DNA from: Hormiphora californensis
Taxonomy: Eukaryota; Animalia; Ctenophora
Assembly (NCBI GenBank): GCA_020137815.1
Contig: CM035351.1
Span: 682,001-746,000 of the forward strand
Direction: 5' to 3'
DNA: 64,000 nucleotides
The notes under the pieces were generated by a model. The model was not told the DNA's origin. It saw nothing but the letters and a program-made list of their open reading frames with translations, and made no database searches. Shown here one piece after another: positions 57,067 through 64,000 of this stretch. Position 1 is the first letter of the stretch; each line of letters begins with the position of its first letter. The translations under genes were made by a program, and so were the position numbers.

Positions 57067-57596
57067 AGAGACAGAGACAGAGACAGAGACAGAGACAGAG
57101 ACAGAGACAGAGACAGAGACAGAGACAGAGACAGAGACAGAGACAGAGACAGAGACAGAGACAGAGACAGAGACAGAGACAGAGACAGAGACAGAGACAG
57201 AGACAGAGACAGAGACAGAGACAGAGACAGAGACAGAGACAGAGACAGAGACAGAGACAGAGACAGAGACAGAGACAGAGACAGAGACAGAGACAGAGAC
57301 AGAGACAGAGACAGAGACAGAGACAGAGACAGAGACAGAGACAGAGACAGAGACAGAGACAGAGACAGAGACAGAGACAGAGACAGACAGAGAGACAGAG
57401 ACAGAGACAGAGACAGAGACAGAGACAGAGACAGAGACAGAGACAGAGACAGAGACAGAGACAGAGACAGAGACAGAGATCAGAGACAGAGACAGAGACA
57501 GAGACAGAGACAGAGACAGAGACAGAGACAGAGACAGAGACAGAGACAGAGACAGAGACAGAGACAGAGACAGAGACAGAGACAGAGACAGAGACA
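57067..57596. repeat. (GAGACA)n hexanucleotide microsatellite
   Basis: Direct inspection. Confidence 0.97.
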
Positions 57597-58395
57597 GGAA
57601 GGATCAGTGACATGTAGGTTTTTCGGTTTAACAGTGTCTTGCTAATGAAGTTATTATGGACAGATATCGTACACCCCTGGTATAATAACTCGGACACCAC
57701 GGCTTCACTGATATCATTGTCAGTTATAGGCTCTCTCGTGATCATGTTCCTATACATGTCTTATATACTAGATCGCTCTCGAGTGATCGTTCCTACATGT
57801 CCTATTATAACTAGATCGCTATATCATTGTTGCAGTCAGTCCTCTAGTCTCTACCATGTCCTAGATCATTACGTGTCCTACGTCCTTGTTTGTAGCATTT
57901 GATTACGGATTGTCAGTTCCGTTCTGATACTACTTCTTATTACTTTCTTATTACTTTCTAATTGTTACTTCTGATACTGCCTCTAATTAGTACTTTCCTT
58001 CCAGAGTCTAGAGAGTAGAGTCTATAGAATGTTTAGCCGTTCCTTAGAGTTTCCCTTCATGAAAGATAGAAATAGTAGAGAGTATTTACCCGTTCCCTTC
58101 ATGAAAGAGATATTTCTTTTAGACCTTTTCATAAAGCCGACCAGCCGCCAAACATATTGCACCTTACTCAACAAGCCAAACAAAGAAATATGTTTCTTTT
58201 CTGACTGTTTTTAATTCCATGCGTAAATTTTTTTCTTCGCTTCCTTGACCTTCTTCCATTCTTCTGACATGGGCAATTTGCACTGAGTCGCTAGAAAACT
58301 TAGAGCTATCCCCGTATCTTTCTATCTACTGTCTAACTCTGCTTGGCCGTACTGCCAGGTACAAAACAAATTCTCGTTCTCTCTCTCTCTTCTCT

Positions 58396-58517
<122 letters not shown>

Positions 58518-58526
58518 CCCCACCCC

Positions 58527-58611
<85 letters not shown>

Positions 58612-59229
58612 CTCTCTCCCCTCTCTCTGTTCCATTTTGCGGAAGGTGGGGACCGATTAGCATCACATGGTACACCTTTATTCTGTTTTCTGCTTTCCTC
58701 AAACTCAGAAAACCAAGAAAACATTTATTCTTTGTAATTCCATTCGTCTCAAAATGTTATTATTATACGCATAGCTGCAGTAGTAGAAGGAGACTAACTA
58801 TATATTATGTTGGTTGCAATTCTAGTAGTAGTCGCGGGCGATAAAATTATTGTGATAGTTGTCACAACCGTTGCTCCACCCTCTCTCTAGAGGGATCTCT
58901 CTCTCTCTCTCTCCACTCCCCAGAACTACTACTGAGCTATTATAGCTAGAGCCTCTATTCTCTAATACTCCTTGGAGTTGAGTGGGTGCTTCACCACACC
59001 CCACAACTCCGTGAAATAAAGCAGCTGGTGAGTGATACTTTACTCGACAAACTGTAGTAGTAACTACATTTCCATTCCTCATATTATTATAAGAGATATT
59101 ATGGGGCCTGTGGAGAGATCATTCTAACTGCTCTGTCACACTTTCGTCACACCTGCACACTCTAACTTCCATATTACCAAATGCAGCTGTGAGTGGTGTT
59201 GACCCTCTTTGAGAGTCGGGAGAGAGAGA

Positions 59230-59264
<35 letters not shown>

Positions 59265-61366
59265 TTCAGGCGTACCTTTCCAAAAGCCACAAGTGAGTTG
59301 TGTCTCTAAAAACCAGCACCAAACCTCTGACTGACTCTCGTTCTCTCCTCCTATCTCTCTTTCCATCTCTCTCCCTCTCTCTCACCCTCTATCTCTGCTT
59401 GTCAAAGCAGCGAATAGTAGGCGTGAAAGCCGTACAACACTAGGCTAGATACGGTGAAGACAGGACGTCACGTCAAACCTACTATATCACATTTTAGAGG
59501 TAAAAAACCTTCTCCTTTTTGTCATCATACTATATCTCCTAGTACTGTTTAGTTTGTGAACTTTCCAGAGCATTAAACTGAGACGCATACTTGTCTTGAC
59601 ATGTCTAGGCATGTTCTCACTTCTCACTTAATCCCTCAATCCCTCATTCGAGTGATTGTGGCACGAACTGTGGAAACTGTTCGGTATTACAAGTAACTAC
59701 CACGTTAATAAGCTGAACATATTATGCGACTCATATCTTACTTTATTAAATACGGATCTCATTATAATATTGTTGTATCTCAATCTCGGTATACTAGGAT
59801 CTCTGGTTGACCTCTGTGTCAGTAGTATACTGCTGATCTCTGGTTGACCTTTCTGATGCATAATGTCATGGAGAATCTCTGTTTGGATGCATAATGGAGA
59901 AATCAGATAATTGTGTCCTGGAATAATTAATTTGAATCGAACTTGATTTAGAACGGAGGGTATATTGGTCAACGATTTAGTATTTAATTGCAGCTTAGAG
60001 TATGCCTCTTAAATAGTTGATGGTTTATCCCTTGCTGTGAGCCTAGTGGTCACATTTAGGTTATAACGTTATACTGTATGACTTAGCAACCGATATGATA
60101 CAGTGTATCATATCGGTTGCTAAGTTAGGCTGTTGCAGATACTTAGAACGTATCGGTTACTAAATAACTTATATTTAACCTTTAAATATAATTTAAGTTC
60201 TCTCTCTATCTAATATACCACCTCCTCTAGTATATCCTCCTCTAATATCTCTTATCCACGTTTTAAGTTTTCTAAAACTATTCTTAGAGCATCAAACTGC
60301 ACACATTGATAGTAGCTGTCCTTAATAAGTACCTGTTGTCAATGCTAGTTGTTACTACTACTGGATCTGGAGCTGCTGCTAAGTTGAACAATTAATAACT
60401 GCCTCAAAAAATATATTCTTGTACGTTTCAGATCTTTGAACATGAATCAAGTTCTTATTTTGCTGCATGGTTATCACATGACAGCTGATCTATAAAGCGT
60501 GTAAAATCTATAAATATATCTAGTCCTTGACATATTATTAATATGTACAGCTTATTATTATATCCTTATAAGTGTTGTCTGGCACCTGCCAAAATATACT
60601 ATCTGATATTTGTGGCATGTTGCCAACTCTTGATCCCCTGATATAATAACCTATCTCTATCATATCATCATATCCACCATAATACTAGCTTATGTTTATC
60701 TGATATGAGGAGGATTTATATCTGATCTATGTTAGCTAGTTCTGAGAAGCGGGTGGAATAGGCCACCCTTCATGCTAGATTGCTTGATGAGATTTCCTGG
60801 GACTTCTAGGATCAGGATAAGAAGTAATTAGGAGATCATAATAATAGAGGTATCAAGGAGGCAACTGGGAACTATTGTAATAATATACTAGTAGAGGGAT
60901 CATAGAGGGGAAATGTTGGATTATAGACCCCGCTGGCTGAAATAGACGCACGGCGCGCTCAAACAATTTGCACTGGTCTATTGGGCCGTGCACTGCCGTG
61001 AGTTTGTGTCTCGATAGACGCACGCCCTCTGACAGATTTGTGTAAAGATCACAAAGAATCACTGGAAACACGATAAAATGACTTGGTAACTCAAGAGGGA
61101 GTGTGTGTACAACATACAACGCTCTCTGTCTAGATTTGGCGCCCGCCAGTCTGTTGCAACTGTTGCTCATGACCCACAATTAACTGTAATCTCTCTCTGC
61201 ATTCCACGCTTTGAAACTGTTACAACGATTGTTACGAGTGTGTAGGAATGTAGAGAGGCACTCTGTAGCTTCATTTCCAACTGTTTGACCCGTTTTGTGT
61301 GAGCTCTCTCTGTGTCAACCACCTAATTTGTGCTTGTTTTGCTTCTAGGTGCCCGCCAGCGGGGTC

Positions 61367-61549
61367 TATAGAACACAACTCCCTCCCTTACGTGCAGATA
61401 TACCTGTAAACCCCTCGCTGACGCTCGGGATTTACAGGGCTGTAACGCACGGGTCCCTTCGGGACCCGTGCATTACAGCTCAATAGACGCACTGCTCTGC
61501 AGTGCGTCTATTGAATAGATGCCCGCGCGGGAGGGAGTTATGTACTATG
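61367..61549. mobile_element. MITE-like element with three internal stem-loops
   Basis: Termini atagaacacaactccctccc / gggagggagttatgtactat. Internal hairpins cctgtaaa...tttacagg, tgtaacgcacgggtccc-ttc-gggacccgtgcattaca and tcaatagacgcactgc-tct-gcagtgcgtctattga. Confidence 0.65.
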
Positions 61550-62502
61550 TAAACCATGCCAATCATCATTATTGTAGGGGTATCCGTATAGGTTCCATAT
61601 CGTTTGATGACCTACCTAGCTCTGTATAGATACTATCTCGATCAGTGTCTACCAATATGAGTATAGAGCCCCCCCCCCCCCGATACTTATTTAATATCGT
61701 TGTGCAGCTCTGCCAAGATATGGGGCAACCCCAGATATGCAATGCTTCCCGTCGTTACAGCTGATCAAACCCCAATCTGATCATAGCTGCAGTAGTACTT
61801 ATAGAGTTGCTATTATGTACTTGTAGCATCTCTCCCTGTGATCACTGCTGCCAGTCATGACTTGATAATTAGCTCATGTGCAGTGTGAGAACCATTTGCT
61901 AGTTACTCTCCTCTATTGTGAGGGTTATGAGCTTGTGGGTTATAAGTCTTTTAGTTTTACTTGATCATAACATCCATGTGAATAGGTTATTGAGATGTTG
62001 ATTTCTTAATCCTAACCCGCTTTTAGTCCAAACCTATTCCCAAGAAAAGTCTTGTCACTTCCCTCTCGAGGGTTCACGCCCTAACCCCACGTGCTCTAAA
62101 GCTCAATCATGTTCATACTGGCCGGGGCTTCCGGTCAGCCGTCGCCACTTTCTGTCTGTCACACTATTGTGTAATGGCACAGTCTCGCGTGTGGCACATG
62201 GAGCAGCTTCACGTGTTTTGTTATCTAATAGCCTAGTCCCCTCTATTGTTCTTGTGGGTAGTGGCCCTATTTTGCTGCAATTGTGTGTTCTACATGATCC
62301 ATGAGATCCTAGATGTGCTGAAGTGAGATTTTAGAGAAATATTTCCCGAACCTACCCCTAACACGGTCGCTTGTAGTGGGAAAACGGTAATGGAAAACGA
62401 AGATACAGTAAGACGACGCGCAACCTTGACCAATCAGGGCGCTAGTACGTGCTGACACATGAACTTTTTGCCGCGCGTTATGCACCGTGCACGTCTCCTT
62501 AC

Positions 62503-62602
62503 NNNNNNNNNNNNNNNNNNNNNNNNNNNNNNNNNNNNNNNNNNNNNNNNNNNNNNNNNNNNNNNNNNNNNNNNNNNNNNNNNNNNNNNNNNNNNNNNNN
62601 NN
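62503..62602. other. Assembly gap (100 N)
   Basis: Run of n. Confidence 1.
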
Positions 62603-64000
62603 ACCCCAAGAAAAAAAAAAGGGCCCCCCAAAAAAAAAAATTTTGGGGAAAAAAAGAAAACGGGGAAAAAAATTTTAAAAAATTTTTTTCCTTTTTCCCC
62701 CCCCCTTTTTTTTTCCCCCCCCCCCCCCCCCCTTTTTTCCCCCCCCTTTTTTCCCCCTTTTCCCCTTTTTTTTTTTTCCCCCTTTTTTTTCCCCTTTTTT
62801 TTTTCTCCTTCTCTCCCCCTTTTTTCCTTCTCCTCCTCCTTCTCTCTTCTTCTCTCTCTCTCTCTCTCTCCCTCTCTCTCTTCTCCCCCCCTTTTTCCCC
62901 CCCACTCACCGTAAAAAAGGTTGAGTAGATCCACGGTAACCCCAAAAAGCGCTCGGTAGCCCCCTATACACTTGACTGGGTTTAAATCCCAAAGAAGAAA
63001 CCAAAACTCCAACACACAAAGGGTAAAGGCCCTCCCCCCCACCTTTCCCCCTCAAGGAGATGGGAGTCAAGACCCAGAAAATTTAAATGTAAAAATTTTG
63101 GTTGGGTAAAATTTTTTGGGGGGTTTTTAAAAAAAAAAAAACTTGTGAGGGGGGCGGCAGATCAAAGGGGCCCAATGTGATATTACCTCCGGTGGGTAGA
63201 CAAGGAAAGAATCGGATGTGAGATCCCGTTTTGTTTATAATTAAAACACTGTGTCCCGCCAGGGGGAAAATTTGGTTTTTTCTAATCCCCAGGTTAAAAG
63301 GTAACTTTCCAGTCGGGGGGTTCTGGGAAAAAAGTTTGCCGGGCCAGGTATCCCTACCCAAACAGACTTGGGGGGCAAAAATTAATTCGTTTTCCTGAAG
63401 AAAACCCCCCCAATAGAATCGTTATTTTGGTCACGGATAGTTATCAGCCAAACAGGGCAAAATATTTCAGGGGCCCCAAACCACAAACAGATTTGGGGGC
63501 AAAACTTAATTTTTTCCGTAAAACATTTGAACATTTCCGTCCAAATTGAAATACACTAAAAAATGTCATTAAAATTTTTTTAAAAAGAAACCCAGGATAG
63601 AAAACACTTATTAGTATTGTCTAAAAACCTAAACCTTTCATTTATTGGGGTGGTCCCATTAGTCTTGGGGAGAGTTTAGGTACCAAGGAACGGGTCACCA
63701 GAAATTTGCTCCCCCACAGCACCACCCCACCCAAAAGGGCCCCATAATTTGGGGGTTTTCCCCCGGGGGGTGAATGGGAGTTAGTTTCCCCCAAACTATC
63801 TTTTCCTGGGGAAAAAGGTTTTTTATTTTGGTCTAGGGGCCCAAAAAATTTTATTTTTTTAAAAAATTTCCTTTCAAAAAAATTCAATTTTTCACAAAAC
63901 TTCCGGCCTTCCAAAGTGTTTTTGGCGGGTACGATCTTCAGAAGAAATGGCGAGGTTTTGTCGGACTTGCTGGGGCGGAGAATAACATTCTTTAAGGGGG

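Noticed and set aside
57059-57757. 232-aa ORF with (SV)n and (CL)n, superficially Cys-rich
   Set aside because: Translation of the (GAGACA)n microsatellite.
60853-61179. 108-aa minus-strand ORF
   Set aside because: No recognisable motif or convincing splice context.

Overview
Eukaryotic, intron-rich animal DNA. The organism is most likely a ctenophore (Pleurobrachia-like); this is an inference from the recurrent repeat 'ccaatcagaactcgttatttaggtcacgtgactggttatcagccaatcagggacc' and the compact genes, not from a search. Housekeeping genes reconstructed by hand: TMEM138, BAP1, an alpha-arrestin, an ABHD14-like membrane protein lacking its catalytic Ser and His, NICE-3/C1orf43, LLP, a BRI3BP/TMEM109-like protein and NPL4. 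Many non-autonomous DNA transposons and satellites lie between and inside them. The main finding is a tandem cluster at about 24.1-32.7 kb of small secreted-peptide genes that the ORF track mostly misses. Each gene is built from phase-1 exons: a signal peptide, an unfamiliar 4-Cys module (C-x8-10-C-x-C-L-S-x7-8-C), and a C-terminal knottin-like module (C-x6-C-x7-13-CC-KA[LI]x-C-Y-x5-C), usually after a KR site. One member has an extra ShKT exon. A second finding is a short repeat that forms whole spliceosomal introns (introner-like). Sequence quality is uneven: there are scattered indels in conserved genes, homopolymer-rich unreliable sequence at about 4.9-5.5, 48-56.8 and 62.6-64 kb, and a 100-N gap.
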